DNA from: Amoeboaphelidium protococcarum X5
Lineage: Eukaryota > Fungi > Aphelidiomycota
Assembly: GCA_023515725.1 (NCBI GenBank)
Contig: JALDTO010000247.1
Location: 203,863-267,862, forward strand
Length of the DNA stretch: 64,000 nucleotides
Direction of reading: 5' to 3'
The number at the start of each line of letters is the position of its first letter. Within the stretch, counting starts at the first letter, position 1. The notes below the pieces were generated by a model. The model was not told the DNA's origin. It did no database searches and saw only the letters and a program-made list of their open reading frames with translations. Shown one piece after another: positions 12,303 to 30,156 of this stretch. Both the position numbers and the translations under genes were made by a program.

Positions 12303-15300
12303 ATGACTGATTAGTAGAATACTTTTACATTGAAACGTAAGCCAGTCCAAGTTCATAGAAAGCCCGTAGCTGAAGTTTGGAGCGATGGTAAATCCTCAGC
12401 TGATAGAGCGTAGAATGGTGATGATATCTTATCATCCAATGTATCCATCAAAGGGGCTTAAACTAGTACATCAGTATCAATGATGAATAGAGTTAAATCA
12501 TTGAGACGGCATAGATAGAAAAGTTCAGTTGATACGTAGAATAGTCTTGTCAAGTCCAGCTCTGAATCGGTGAAATCTTAGTCCGCATCATCTCAACAAA
12601 GCGGGAAACCGCCATCGTCTATTGTCAGACATGCTCCTGTAAGTGGATAGTATTAAACTCAGAATAAGAATATGCTGTTGTGTAATGAGTAATAGATGGA
12701 TGAATTGCTTGATGAGATGCTTTGTGATATGGCCATTACTGATCAGAATCACATCAAGAAAGTCAAAGCCATGTCAAAAGACTCTAAATGGCTTCTGCTT
12801 CAATAGCATCATTAGAAAGGATAGCAAATTTAATAGCAATTGTAATAACAATAAGTTAATCCTATGAGATCGGCGAAGAAGAGCAATTCCGATATCAACT
12901 CTATTGGTTATAATTTGCAAGATTTGTCTCATGGATTAGTAGACTCCATCATGAAGTTTGGCACGTTGAAGCAGCAGAGTAAAGTGGATAAGAGTACTCC
13001 AGAATATTACGCGTAAAGCCTTTAGCGTTATGTCAGCCTACAATCGCGAGCCACTGACAGTTCATTCACTTCGTTGTTGGTATCTCTAAAGATTGATATA
13101 GGATCATAGCCATTAAATTGGCTGTCTTCATTTCTTGCGTTGAATGGATTAAGGTTATTGCATCAAGTCTCATTACAGAGTGGTGATCAATCTGCCTAAA
13201 TTGAAGCAGTAAAATGCATGAAGGCTCTAGTCAACAGCCAATAAGGCATTTAAGAGCTATCTCAATAATGGTGCTTCGACAACTTTGTGGGTATGTTACT
13301 GCGGTCATGTCTCTCTGTAAGGAGAATTGTTACCGAGATTTTGACTGTGTTGATTTACGCGTACAATGATGATGGAGACTCCAATGTAAAGTTATTCCTC
13401 AGTGCGTGTAAGACGTTGATGATATCGCTGAAGGCTCAATTTCTATTTGGACCTTGGATCGGGAGCCTCATGTCTATTGTGCAGAATGTCAGTGGTCGTC
13501 AGCTATAGGTAAAGCAGTCACTGGTGGCTGGTGTTGGCTGGATCGGCGAGAACAAGGTGACTGAGCGTGAAGTATAAGATTTTCTTACGTGTAATATGCT
13601 TCTCATCAATGGTATAATGAATAATTTGCTGACTGCCTCTGAGAGAGTATACATAAGGTAGTAGTTTTCTATGGCTCAGCTTAATTAGGTGCTGGTGTAG
13701 TTGCATAGTATGGCCATGTCTCACGAAATACTTAGAAGGTAGTTGGAGCTCTATGATGGCCTTGCTGCAGATGATTTTGAAACCCTTCGTTAGGATTTAT
13801 TCGGAAATTCTAGCCATGGTGAGACTTCTTTATAACAGTCACTTGCTTTATTAGCGGAGACTGTGAAAGACGATAATGTAAGTTTGAAGCATTTAGAGAG
13901 TATAGTGCTTCTTTTAAAACTAGCTGCTGACGGGGAACAAGAGCGGCAGCCAATTTATTAAATGTTAAATTATGTCATATAGCAAGTGGTATTTTGCGGT
14001 AAAGGTGTGCAGACCAATTGGTCGAATATGGACATGCAGTTCAATATGGAGATTGTGATGAAAGAGTTCTAGGCTCAGAGTGATGTTAACAAGTACAAAT
14101 TTGAGAATGCTCGACTGAAAGCTAAAATTGAGTAGCTCAAAGGAGAAAAGGTTCTCGTTGTTGCTGGTGCAATAAGGCCTTAAGCCAAGTTGTAGATTAA
14201 TCAACTGGAGAAGAACCTGTGCGAGATACACTCATTACTCCAAATTGATAAGTCTGCTAACGGTGTTGGAAAAGAGTAAAGCCATAACTCGGAAGAGGAA
14301 GAATTAGTGGCGAATTATAGGTAAGAGTCTGAAGTTAATGCAGTCGTCAAAAGAGACTCTGGTATCGATTCTTTAAAAGGCAGTCAAGGCTATGCGGCAG
14401 GACTTTGCAGCACAGACGTGGTAGATGACAACAATACTACAACTGACAACGTGGCGACTAATGACAGTCCAGTGCTGGATGCTTTGATGAGTTACATTCC
14501 TCCTCCGCCGGTTGCGCCACCATTTGTGCAGAAGCCTCCAAAGAAGCCACTCTACCTAACCAAGTTGAAGATGAAGTAACTTTAGTGGGAAAAGGTTCCA
14601 GCACACGAACTCGATCAGACTCTGTGGAATAATTTGGATTCTGCAGGGGAAGACGATATTTGTCGCATACTGACTGAAAACAATTTATTCTAGTATTTGG
14701 AGTCTGAATTCGCACAAGTTTCTGGTAAAAGCGCATAATTAATATCTTCAGATGAGTCTTTGTTGTCTTAGCGTCAAGATCTAGACGAATTAGAGTCAAA
14801 AGTGGCAAAGTCACCAGCCAAGTCACTGTTAGATCCTAAAAAGTCTTACAATCTTACTATTCTACTCAAGAGGATCAAAGATGTCGATTAATTATTGCTT
14901 GCGATAGATATAGTGGATGCAGCGGTAATATCAGAGGTTTGTGTCAATCAGATTCTGCAATTTCTGCCTTCTAGTGATGAGATTGCCCTCATATCGTCTG
15001 TTTAATTGACACACATAAACTCTCTGCCAATAGCTGATCAGTTCATGGTTCAGCTTCTTGGTATTTAGAATTATGAGTTAAAGTTGCGAATTATACAACT
15101 TAAATTTAGTAATGAGGAATCATTGATGGACATTCAGAGTGGCCTGGAGATAGTTTAGAGTTCCTTGAAGGAGATTAAAGAGTCGCAATCTTTGAAGCAA
15201 TTTCTGCAGCTTGTGCTCTCTATCGGCAATGTGATGAATGTGAACAGTTTCCGAGGTGGCGCTTATGGCTTTAAAATTTCTGCGCTTTAATCTCTATTGC

Positions 15301-16118
15301 ACACATAGTCGATTAGATCCAATGACTGGACTATGTTGCATTTCATACTGGATATTGCTAGTCGTCATTACCCTTCTGCATTGGAATTTTTGAATCAGCT
15401 GGATAGCTTACATGAGGCCTGTAGGATATCAGTGTCAGTGATTGTACAGAATTTCAAGTCTATGTATCAGAGCGTGTCAATGCTTCATTCTCAATGTAGT
15501 AAACTGGTAAACAGTAATTGCCTCGACTCTGGACAGGATGACGAGGTTTTGCATCGGTAACTATAGTTTCTCTCTGACATTGAGTCTCAGCTTAGTTCTA
15601 TCAAGCCAGAGTATGATAGTCTCGAGTAGACGATTAGTCAATTCCTTACGTGGCTAGGAGAGGATCCGAGAAATTGCACATGGGAATCTGTTGCAAAAGA
15701 GTTGTCAACCTTTGTGCTAACAGCCAAAAGAGTTCTTTAATCTGTACAAGATAAGTAGCAGTCATAATAAGTGCAAAAGTTATCCGCATCCTCTGATGAT
15801 GATGTAGTTTCCACTACTAAATACAATAGACTTGGAAATGAAGAGCTTTCTGCATAATTCAGTAGTCTCAAGTAGTAGTTGCCTGTTAGAGAACGCCAGC
15901 AGTCTGTGAATTTAATGGACAGTATTCTGGAGCAGCTGAAACTCGGTCTCGATCCTTCATCTCTCATACCTGGACAACAGAAGGACATGCCTCAGCTACA
16001 ACGGCGGCCAATCGGACAATCAGTCTAGTACGATTCTTCAAGTGAGCGGCGTAGAATATCCGTAAGTTAACACGCTCTCTAGGCAGCAGAGTTATTATCT
16101 CAACTAGATGCCATCTGA
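12303..16118 (+). CDS. Diaphanous-related formin (GBD/FH3, minimal FH1, FH2, DAD)
   Basis: FH2 motifs KMKQLQWEKV, LLDPKKSYNLTILL and IGNVMN..FRGGAYGFKI; DAD-like MDSILEQLK. Ends TGA 16116-16118. Confidence 0.88.
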
Positions 16119-16228
16119 TAAAGATGATGATGATATATTCAAAAGTCATTCTTGTATGAAAGTTGAAAACATTAAAATATAAATCTCCTTTAGTAAAAAA
16201 GTATTCCACAATAGTCAAATTCAAAAGT

Positions 16229-17563
16229 TCACTTTCCAAAGATACCAGTCTTCTTTAGCTTAATCTTTCCACCGCTGTCCTAGGTGGTCGAGTTTCCTAT
16301 TGCCGCAGCTCCTCTGCCAGCCTCCAATCTTCTCTTCTTCTCCTCCAGCTCGGCGCGCTTTCTCTCAATAGCCTCACGACTCTCGCGGTGCTTCGTATAC
16401 AACTCTTCTTCATTGGCACGCATCTTGGCTTCCTTCTCCGCCACTTTAGCCTCAAACACCTGCTTCATCTCAGCCTCCAACTTGGCAATCTTGGCCTCAT
16501 GCGCAGCACGCTCCTCCTCAAACTTCAACATTGGATTCACCTAACCTTGAGCATTAAATGTGCCATTAGAACCCGTCTGACTCAATTTTTAGGTTCTATA
16601 CTGCTCATACAACACGGAACTGGTCACCTCTTTCATCTCCTCCATGTGGCTTCTGATCAGCATCTGACGCAGCTTCACAAAATCATTGTGCTTCTCATTA
16701 TCCACCTCAACCACTCCCCATGGATATTATCGACCGCGAACCTTCTTGCCATTCACATCAATCTCTTTCGTGCTTCCCACAACGGCAAACGGGATTCTAC
16801 TGACCAAGTCCTTAACCTCAGCCTGAGTCTCAGCGTCATCATACGGACCAACTGTGGGCGTGTAAATTTAAATACCATTCTCATTAATTCCATCCATGAT
16901 GCTCTACTTGAACTAGCTCAACTCTTCATCATTCATAATGTCAGACTTGGCAATCACGGGAATCAGATTAACTCTCTAATGCAAAGCTTTCATGCACTCA
17001 ATATCCAGAGGCTTCAAACTATGGCCACTGGGAGCAATAAAGTAGAGGCAAGCATGAATACGATTATCCACAATCTTCTTTCTGTTCACTCGCATCTCCT
17101 ACTCCAGATACGAGTCGAAGCGTTGCTCAATGTTTTACACAATAGGCACCCAGCACTAGTCATTATTCATATAGTCACCATAGCCAGGAGTATCAATCAC
17201 AGTCAGCGTTAAGTTCACACTAGCCTCAGTCAAAGTCGCACTCACAGCCTATATATTAACCGTCTTTGGTATCTCTGCAGACAGTTCCTACTGCTCCTTT
17301 TGGGGATACATGTTTGCATTGAACAGAGTATTCACCAGCGTAGACTTTCCCAGCCCGCTCTCACCAACAACCATCATGGTAAAGTAGAATCCCTTCTTCA
17401 CAGACTTTCTGTGCACCTAATTTGGAAGATTAGCAAATCCAACAAAGCCTTTCAATGCCTTCTTCACAATTGGCTATTAAGAGTCAGAGTCATCATTACC
17501 AATGCTAAAACTATTCTACTACTACTACTACTACTAACTTGGACTAACGTTTTCTCTATCCAT
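16229..17563 (-). CDS. Septin (Cdc3/SEPT7-like group) with C-terminal coiled coil
   Basis: FVGFANLPN(TAG=Q)[30 protein letters not shown], GRxYPWG and HNDFVKLR motifs. Confidence 0.93.
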
Positions 17564-18346
17564 ACTTGCACTCTTAATTAATATAAGTGTAGACTAAATA
17601 TTTCCTTAAACAATTTAATATTAAAAAAAGAGAATCCGATAATTCCACAAGTAAACGACAATACAAGCTTCAACCTTACTGATGTTTGGCACCAAAGGGA
17701 AGAAGAAGAAGTTGAAGAGGTTAATAAAAGGATAGGAAAGCTGTCAATTTTGAAACTGAATTTCGTCCGCTCGTTGGGACAAGGAAAGAAAAGATTTGTC
17801 GAGAGAGGAAACTCAAATAAGGCGATCTGTCTGAATGAACAATGCGCCTGGAAAGATTGTGCCGTGATTCGGATCCATTTATTATCGTGTAGTATTTCTA
17901 TAAAGTATTCCTCATGTATATTGTTTGATTAAAAGTAGACGAAATTTGACGTAATCTTTAGATATTTAACCATGGTTAATCTCGCATAAACCATAATGTA
18001 AATTACGCTCTGGACTTTTCCTTCTCTTATCACTATTAACGTTAAATTTGAAGCCTTTCAAATGATAGTATCGCATTAACTATTATGCTTTGACCTTAAT
18101 GTACATAGAAAGATGGAAATGTTTCCAAGTACTTCAAAATCCTGATTTGTTTCACGCGCGGATCCCGATGAAAGTTTTCTCGTTTCTAAACTGAACGGGA
18201 ACTACACTGAAGAAACAGAGATCGGCTCAACGAATCTTTTCTATTCCTTCTTCATTCATCATTTATCTGTAGTATCTCTCTTTGAATTGAGTCGAAGCTT
18301 TCCACCTTTATCAATTCAAGTTCTATATATATAATATATATAAAGT

Positions 18347-19655
<1,309 letters not shown>

Positions 19656-19774
19656 AGGCTCTTTTAATTCTATAGTGTCTTGACTAATTGATTTAAACAC
19701 GATCAATAATATTACTGAGAAAAGCATCTCGTTTAACTTTCACTTGTACTATTGATGAAGGCCTTTCAATTTAT

Positions 19775-21775
19775 TCATACTTCATCCAGAATAGTGTAAG
19801 CATATCTAAGGTCAGCATGTTCGTTAAAGTACTCCACCATCTCCTTCATGAACTTATCATTGGAGACAGTTTCCGCATCACATATGAGGACTGCTTGATA
19901 CTTGGCTCGAGTTATGGCCACATTCAAACGTCTCTTTTCCACCAGGAAGCCGACTTGCTTTTAATCATTACTCCGCACAAGAGACAATATTACAACATCC
20001 TTCTCACGGCCTTGGTAGCTGTCAATGGATCCAATCTCAATCTGAGGATAATCTTGCAACAGCATCCGTTTAAGAAGATGAACCTGAGCATTGTATGGAG
20101 AGATGACAGCAATCTACGCCGGATCAACGCCAGCCTCAGTCAACAACTGTATATGATGAAGCACCAACATGGACTCTCCTTCATTGTACTTGGACTCGCC
20201 ACCTCCTTTACCACCACTATCATCATCATCAATGCTCTCATACAAGTGACAATTACTGGTATCATACATTACCAGCGGCGCATTAGTATCTTCATTATCT
20301 TGAACTGACTCCAAATCGCATAAAAGCCGTTCCTTTACTGAATCATGAGAGATTAATCTACCACCATACATTGAATTAGAACTCCAATCACTAATCACTT
20401 GATTCATTCTGTACTAGACATTCAGCATATGCTGGATAGATTCACCATGTAGCCGGTACAAACGATCATAGATGGTGGTCTCAAGTCCTTCACGAGCCGC
20501 TTTTGGACACAAAACAGTCGGTGGTAATTAGTGTGGATCACCAGCGAGTATAGCCTTGTCTCCTTTCAACAGAGCTATCCAACACTCTGGCTCCAAGGAT
20601 TGACTCACTTCATCAATAATCACAAAATCAAACTTTTATTACTAAAGCATTTTACTGCCTGCGCCACTCAGTGTGCTGAATACTATCTGACACTGATCCA
20701 GGACTGTGGATATCAATTTAGGTTCCCTCTGTCGCAAGTCTTTACGCAGTGATCTAATCTCATTCTGGATCACCTTTTTATCAGCGTATGACTTCGCTTT
20801 AGCTTTCTACTTGAATGCTTTCTCTATATCGACTCTAATGTCTTGTACTAATTACCCGCTGTCAGACGTCTTGATAACAGTATCCAGCGCGTATGGTTAA
20901 GCATCAGGCAACATTCGACTAGGATGACCGATGCGAACAAATTTCAACGTCTTGCCATACTCCCAACTAGCCATGCGCTCCACCAGATTATCAACAGCAA
21001 CATTAGATGGAGCACAAACCAATAATCTACATTAGGAGCGAACGACCAGCTGTTTAATAATCTCCAATACAGTTGTAGTTTTGCCCGATCCTGGAGGTCC
21101 TAGTATGAGAGCGATTGATTGCGCAGTCAGTGCAAACTAGATGGCCTCTTTCTAACTTTCATTTAGATTCGAATTAATATATTCAACTGTATTATTATTA
21201 CTCTATGAGGAAGTAAATAGCGGCTTCTATCCTTCTATACTGAACGCGACTCTAATCAAATCCGAGATTTACTATGTTTGAGACTACTTGAGTATAGATT
21301 CCAGAGATTAGAGAGCCTTCTACATTCTGGCATATGACACATCATCAACCAGCTTATTGATGCGATACTTGTTCCCATTGATCTAATCTGATTCTATTTC
21401 TCGATCCAATATTAAAGTGATAGATTAGCTATTAACGCGATGAACCACAGCTCTAAGAGAAGTGGGTTATTTATCGGCTCTCTTCTAACCAGCTCCATCA
21501 TTACGCGCACTATCTCGATCTAGAAGCTCAACTCTATCGCCAGGCCTAAATTAATTCTAAGGAAGTTCATGACCAACCATATGATGTTCAAAGTCTATTG
21601 TCAACTTTCCACCGAGACCAATACGCTAATTCACAGGCCGCATGTTCAACAGAGAGATTCCCTTCTTCTATGCTGACTGCGCATCCAACTAATTTAAGTC
21701 TTATTACACTTGACTAATCGCATACTCTCGCTCCATTTCAATTAGCTTCATCATTTTATGCACCACATCCGTCAT
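19775..21775 (-). CDS. IGHMBP2: UPF1-like SF1 helicase IGHMBP2/HCS1
   Basis: [29 protein letters not shown](TAA=Q)LPP, LNV(TAG=Q)[19 protein letters not shown]. Confidence 0.88.
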
Positions 21776-21929
21776 CTTTTGCAATGCGCTACTTTAGCTC
21801 TTACTACTTACTACTAAACTATAACGAAATGAGAAAGTTGAAGGTTAAGACGAATTCGATCAGTTTGAAGATTAAAGAAAGCCAGCGATATCAAAGTGGA
21901 CCTGAGATAAAGGGAAAAATAGCAATGTG

Positions 21930-22943
21930 TCATGAATGTATAATTTAGTGGCTATTTTAGTTCATGTATAAAGTTAAAACCTTTTGGAGCAGTAGAACAA
22001 CGCGATTATGAGCATCAAAAGTGATCCATTCGTCAGTAGGGAGTCGCATCCTGTTGATAGCCACCACAGCTCGGCTTGTAGAGGTCAGGAAACACGCATC
22101 CCAATCACCACTGCTCTAACGCCAATTCAAGAGTTCATATGTCCACTGGAGAGAGTGTAGTAACTCCATCTCAGGATCAGATAACTGTTGTGATAACTTC
22201 ACCTAATTACCACCACCATTAGTCTTTTAGTCGTGAGAACTGACCGCCTTGAACAGTAAATCTTGCATAGTACCTGGTAGGACGACATCGAGAGGACTAG
22301 TAATTATGCGATTACCCAAAATGGCAAAGAAATTACTAGTTGAGCCTTCGTATACATAATCACCATCATAGAGCAGTATCTCATGACTTGACTGCTCACG
22401 ACGTACCATCAACTTGTCGCGGTCCTTAATCCATTGGGTATCTTTCTGTGTGGCATGACTCCTAACTGGACCGCCGACTTCAACTTGAACACCATCAGGA
22501 GCACTAACTGTATGCAATTCACTCAAATGAACATGAAGCTACTATACTTGTTCTGCTGATTACTTTGCTTTAGTAGAGCTCTACATAAACGTAAAGACGG
22601 CAATCTTGCACTCGATTTTACGACAATGATAAGGCATAAGATGAACTTTCAAAATGTCCTCTAAAATTTTAGCTATTTGGGATCTCTGGAATTGACTCTG
22701 GTCCAACAGCAGTCTGTCTACATGCATATCCCATTGCAGAACTCTTTTGGCCTAATCCACGGTCCTCATCACTGTGTACAAGCCGCGGGGAAGTTCCATT
22801 GCATAATGCTTAGGATCGTGAGAAGTCCAAATTTCGCTGCATTCATTAGTATTCGAATTATATGCCAGCACTTGATACTACTTTGATTAGTCATCAATAC
22901 CAGTAGTAGCACCAGTTGTAGAAACGGCGGAGTTGTTGCTCAT
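21930..22943 (-). CDS. PLP-dependent aminotransferase class IV family protein
   Basis: EGSTSNFF, VLPGT and FLTSTSR motifs; candidate PLP lysine in RSHATQKD. Confidence 0.8.
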
Positions 22944-23075
22944 TGTTAATCTTGCAACTCTATGAGTGACGACACGAGTTGACGCGCAATATCTTCTCAC
23001 TTATAACGATAATAGTCGAAATTTAAGGAGAGGAGCGGCAGTACTGAAAGCCACTAATTGACGCCATCCACTGCA

Positions 23076-23716
23076 ATGTTTAGGATAAATGGAATAGCTC
23101 ATGTGCTCTATGAATAAGTTGATTTCAATGTAGATGTAGATGATTACTTTGACTCTGAATCTGAACTTTAGCTTCAACATCAACTGCATGGAATAGTGAT
23201 ACATCTACCGTCGCGTCGAATTTACACGTTACATGGTACGCGTAAGATTTATTTAAATTGTTGTAATACTTATATTTGAGTAATATCATATTATTGTTAT
23301 CTACATATGTAGTCGTTAAACCTCCTAAGGATTATGAGTTGAATTGGTGCACTTTGCATAAGCACTAGAATCAGTTCTGTAATGGCAAAGGCAGTGGCTG
23401 TGAAACGCGACAAGTTGATTGCCCATTATTTTACCACATGTCTGTCCTTCTACAGGATGGTTCATTACTGGCTGCTATTGACAATGTTGAAAGAGAATCT
23501 CTGGTAAATGATGCAATTAGTTTATCATCATCATAATCTAGTAAGTGTGTCTCATAAGAGTTCAAGTTTATTACTCAGTATATGAAAGTGAATTTGGAAG
23601 CAAAGAATCTAGTCTAGAAGTACTTTTCTCATTTAAAGCCCATGGCTAATCCAATTGTCTGCGTTGGGCAGATTGAAATTAACATCCCAAATGTGAATAA
23701 TGATAAAGTTAAATGA
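23076..23716 (+). CDS. Hypothetical protein; intron 23242-23312
   Basis: ATG 23076; a GTAAGA..TGTAG intron joins two TGA-free frames. TGA 23714 overlaps AATAAA. No family recognised. Confidence 0.55.
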
Positions 23717-23848
23717 ATAAATGTTTAATATTGTACCATTTTATCTATCTATATCATCTCATGTGTATATATTCTCTCTTCATGTCAAAACTAATCATCT
23801 GGTAAAGTACTAAGGCGGCGTTACATCCCAGCTGTATGGCAACGGAAT

Positions 23849-24361
23849 TCAAAAAGCCATCATGGATTGGCGCGCACCTGCCATAGATCCAGAGCGAGAG
23901 GCACTGCTCTTCTAATGAGGACCACGAACGCCAGGTATATGCTTCCTCATAGCGCCACCGTGGGTCCAGCTTGGGCGTTGAGAAGGATAAACAGGCATGG
24001 GCTTATAAGATTTCTAATCTATCGTTTCTTAAGCATTTCTCCATGCAGAGTCAAACTTCATTGCTACAGGATCCAACTTTTTGTACTGAGAGTACGCGTC
24101 CATTGCGCGCGCGTGCAAATCTGCATCATCAGGATTACTCAGAGCCTCTTGGTATGCATCATAATACTTGCGATTAGCGCGCATTGCCTTGTGCATCAGA
24201 TTAGCATTATAGCCGTCGGGCATTGACTCCATGCTAACATCATCATTCTCAGTTTAAGGCAAAGCAAAATCTTCAATATCAGATTCAGGGAAATCGTTTC
24301 CAAAAGGTGCAGCGAATGCAAGAGAAATCAAAGACACTACAGACAGGAATTAAAGTTTCAT
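23849..24361 (-). CDS. Small secreted protein (170 aa), unknown family
   Basis: Signal peptide MKLQFLSVVSLISLAFA-AP followed by an acidic segment. Frame is TGA-free to 23849. Confidence 0.72.
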
Positions 24362-24643
24362 AATTGTTATTGTTCTTGGTATTATGATCGCTTGATTTAG
24401 TCTTATTGATCCACAAGTGCAAAATAGAAAAACTGCTGATCACCGTGGGAAATTTATCGATTTTGATACCCCTCCCTGTTCACGGAGTATTACAGTAACA
24501 CGCGACTAACGAGATCACGTGCTGTCTGGTCGTCGAGTTCCGAAACAGTTGTCAAAAATTAAGTCACTTATAAAACTACTTTACTATTAAAAATGATACT
24601 ACCATTACTTTTGTATATACAATGACTAATCATTCAACCATGA

Positions 24644-25273
24644 TCATTGTAGCTGACTCAACTGCTTTTCAATCAGCAGCTTTCCCCAAATAGAAAAAGC
24701 GCTATTCACAGTTCCGCAATAGAACATCACATCACCTACAAGATCACAGTCAGAGAGATTCATTAGAATTAAGTACAAGCGCGTCTAGAGTAAAACTTAC
24801 TTGGATTGTCAGACCAGCCACGAGCAGAAATGTTCATCTCAGATTCTTGAACGTTGAGCCAAGATCCACCATCATCGGAGAATAAGAATAAATTCTGGAA
24901 GTAACGCTCAGCCTCAGCCTAGTTGTTTGAGTACACAACAACGGTGAGAGAGTCCAGCAACTGAACCGTGATACAAAAGTTCTTCAGCGGCTCAAATTTC
25001 CTAATAAACAATTACTCGCTCTACACAAAATATACGGATTATAAAGGTTTACGTCATACTCAAAAATCTTACTGAATGGCGCATTCTGTCCAGCTTGTGG
25101 TCCCAGCCTTGCTCCATCAGCCATTTCATGTTAATGTCAATAGGGACAACACTTGGTTGACACTTAATGACAAAGACTTGGTTTGCCATCGTACTCTCCT
25201 GGCTCATTGAATCGTTTGACAATCGGTAATCCTTAAGTGGCAAGGAGGATATTGGGGTATTTTGCACAGTCAT
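24644..25273 (-). CDS. Hypothetical protein; introns 25021-25072 and 24736-24800
   Basis: Two GTAAG..TGTAG introns join three frames into one continuous ORF ending TGA 24644. Confidence 0.6.
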
Positions 25274-25436
25274 TTCTCTCTTGACAACTTCTTACTTAAA
25301 TTAATAAATTTTGTAATTTTTAATGGTATATTGCACGTATGAAATAGAGGCTATTGAAGTGGCAATGCGTCCACGCGAAAAGCAGAGACGACGCGAAGGC
25401 GCTTAGATCACAGCTGACGCTTATGATAGTGCCCGC

Positions 25437-25440
<4 letters not shown>

Positions 25441-25470
<30 letters not shown>
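25441..25470. repeat. (AG)15 microsatellite
   Basis: Perfect AG run in the spacer between the MCM3 3' end and the next gene's start. Confidence 0.95.
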
Positions 25471-25474
<4 letters not shown>

Positions 25475-25592
25475 AAGTAGAAATGCGGATACAAAGTAAC
25501 ATTAACAATAATGTTGTAACATTAGAATTCTGATCAATCTCATCTCCAACAAGCTATGCCAACATGACAATCAGTATAACAGAGGAGGAGTT

Positions 25593-28171
<2,579 letters not shown>

Positions 28172-28766
28172 ATTGGGTTAGCAGAGTTCTAATTTAGGAC
28201 GAAAGTGCTGCACTGTAAAACTATTCCACTTTCGAAACAGAAAGCGCGTTTAGGAATGGAGGGCGATTTGGTAAAACGTGAAAAGCGCACTCGTTTTACA
28301 ATTCACTTGCGCTTTCCTTCTCTTGAGAGGAGAAGAGAGTTGTGGCGAGTTCTGAAACAGTTGACGGTAGGCTTAAAGACTGGCTATAGAGCAGGAAAAC
28401 GTTACCGGTACAGTGTTTGACGCGGTTAAAGTCTATATCGTGTTCTGAGTATGGGTGCCTATTTTATCTTGTTTCAGATTCATCATGCACTTGTCAGAGT
28501 TCCGAGCTGAATCAATTAAAATTAATAACGCAAGTGAAATTTTATTATTTCATAAAGAGCTCGCGTAACGTTTTGAATTCCGTCTTCATAATGCCTAATA
28601 ACGACGATCAATGAGCTCAGTCCATTGGACGCGTTACGTTTGGCTTGCCGTTGTGAGATTTCTTCATCCGTTCGTTCTTTCGTTCATGCCGACACTCCCG
28701 ACATTCATCTTCTTCCTCTTCTACTGATAATACTCGACAGTCTAATAAACTTTATATTTAATTAAT

Positions 28767-30089
28767 ATGGAATCTTAGAGAATTAATTTGGTTCATAGCC
28801 ATTTGGAAGCTGCGGCTGGAAAGTTTGCCAAGAAGAGTCCGGATGATGTAGTTATTGTAGCGTAAATATTTCATACTGCTTCGGTTTTTTATAGATGACC
28901 ACCTATGAATGTTACACACGTTCACTTTACATCTATGTGTAGTGCTGTGAGAACTCCTTTGACTCGTGCTCGCAAGGGTGGCTTTAAAGATACACTGCAG
29001 GAGGAGATTTTGGCATTTGCTCTGAAAGGTATCCTGGACAAGACTGGTATTGACCCTGCTCTGGTGGAAGATATCCAAGTTGGTAATGTTCTGCCTCCTG
29101 GTGGTGGCGCGACATTGGCCAGAATGTCCATGCTGTATGCTGGCTACCCAGACACTTCAAGTGTGAGTACTGTGAATCGCCAATGTTCTAGTGGATTGTA
29201 GGCTTGTGCTAGCATCGTGGCTGCTATTCAGACTGGTGTTATTGAAGTCGGTATCGGTGCCGGTGTGGAGTCAATGACTAGCAACTATGGTCCTAATGCT
29301 GTACCATCTCAGATGAGTGATAAAGTGCTGAGCAATAAGCAGGCTGCAGATTCTTTGATTCCTATGGGATAGACGTCGGAGAATGTTGCCTCCTAGTTTG
29401 GAGTGTCGCGTGAAGTGCAGGATAAGTTCGCCGTGGCCAGCCATGAGAAGGCTAGCATTGCAACGAAGAATGGCTGGTTCAAGGAGGAGATTGTGCCGTG
29501 CCAAGTCACTGTCACTGGTAAAGATGGTGCTGAGAAGACTGTCACTTTGACGCAAGACGATGGTATTCGCGCAGGAACTACTTTTGAGACGCTGAGCAAG
29601 CTGAGACCTGCATTTAAGGAAAATGGTACCACCACCGCTGGTAATGCTAGTCAAGTTACGGATGGTGCAGCTGCTGTATTGCTGATGAAGCGCTCCAAGG
29701 CTTAGCAATTGGGTCTGCCTATTGTTGGTAAGTGGATCAGTTTTGCCGTTGCTGGTGTACCTCCTCATATTATGGGCATTGGACCAGCTTTTGCTATTCC
29801 AAAGGCTCTGAAGAAGGCTGGCCTGGGCGTGAATGACATTGATATTTACGAAATCAATGAGGCTTTTGCATCCCAGTGCGTCTACAGCATCAAGACTTTG
29901 AACATCCCATTTGAGAAGGTGAATCCAAAGGGTGGTGCTATTGCTTTGGGTCATCCTCTGGGTGCTACTGGTGCAAGATAGATTGCCACTATATTGCCTG
30001 AATTGAAGCGTACTGGAAAGAAGTTGGGTGTCGTGAGTATGTGTATCGGAACTGGAATGGGTGCAGCTGCTGTTATTCAAGCCGAATGA
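28767..30089 (+). CDS. POT1: Peroxisomal 3-ketoacyl-CoA thiolase with PTS2; intron 28862-28942
   Basis: Thiolase motifs as in the other copy. N-terminal RINLVHSHL matches PTS2 (R-[LIV]-x5-H-L). Confidence 0.92.
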
Positions 30090-30156
30090 TTTGTTGAATG
30101 AAAAGTCTCTAAAGATTCAACTTTTAAGAATGAGAGGAAATATATATTAGTGTTAT

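Noticed and set aside
16388-17212. Long antisense ORFs in the track (e.g. 16388-17212 +, 29271-30080 -, 1778-2317 -, 19817-20308 +)
   Set aside because: They are shadows opposite real genes and have no protein motifs.
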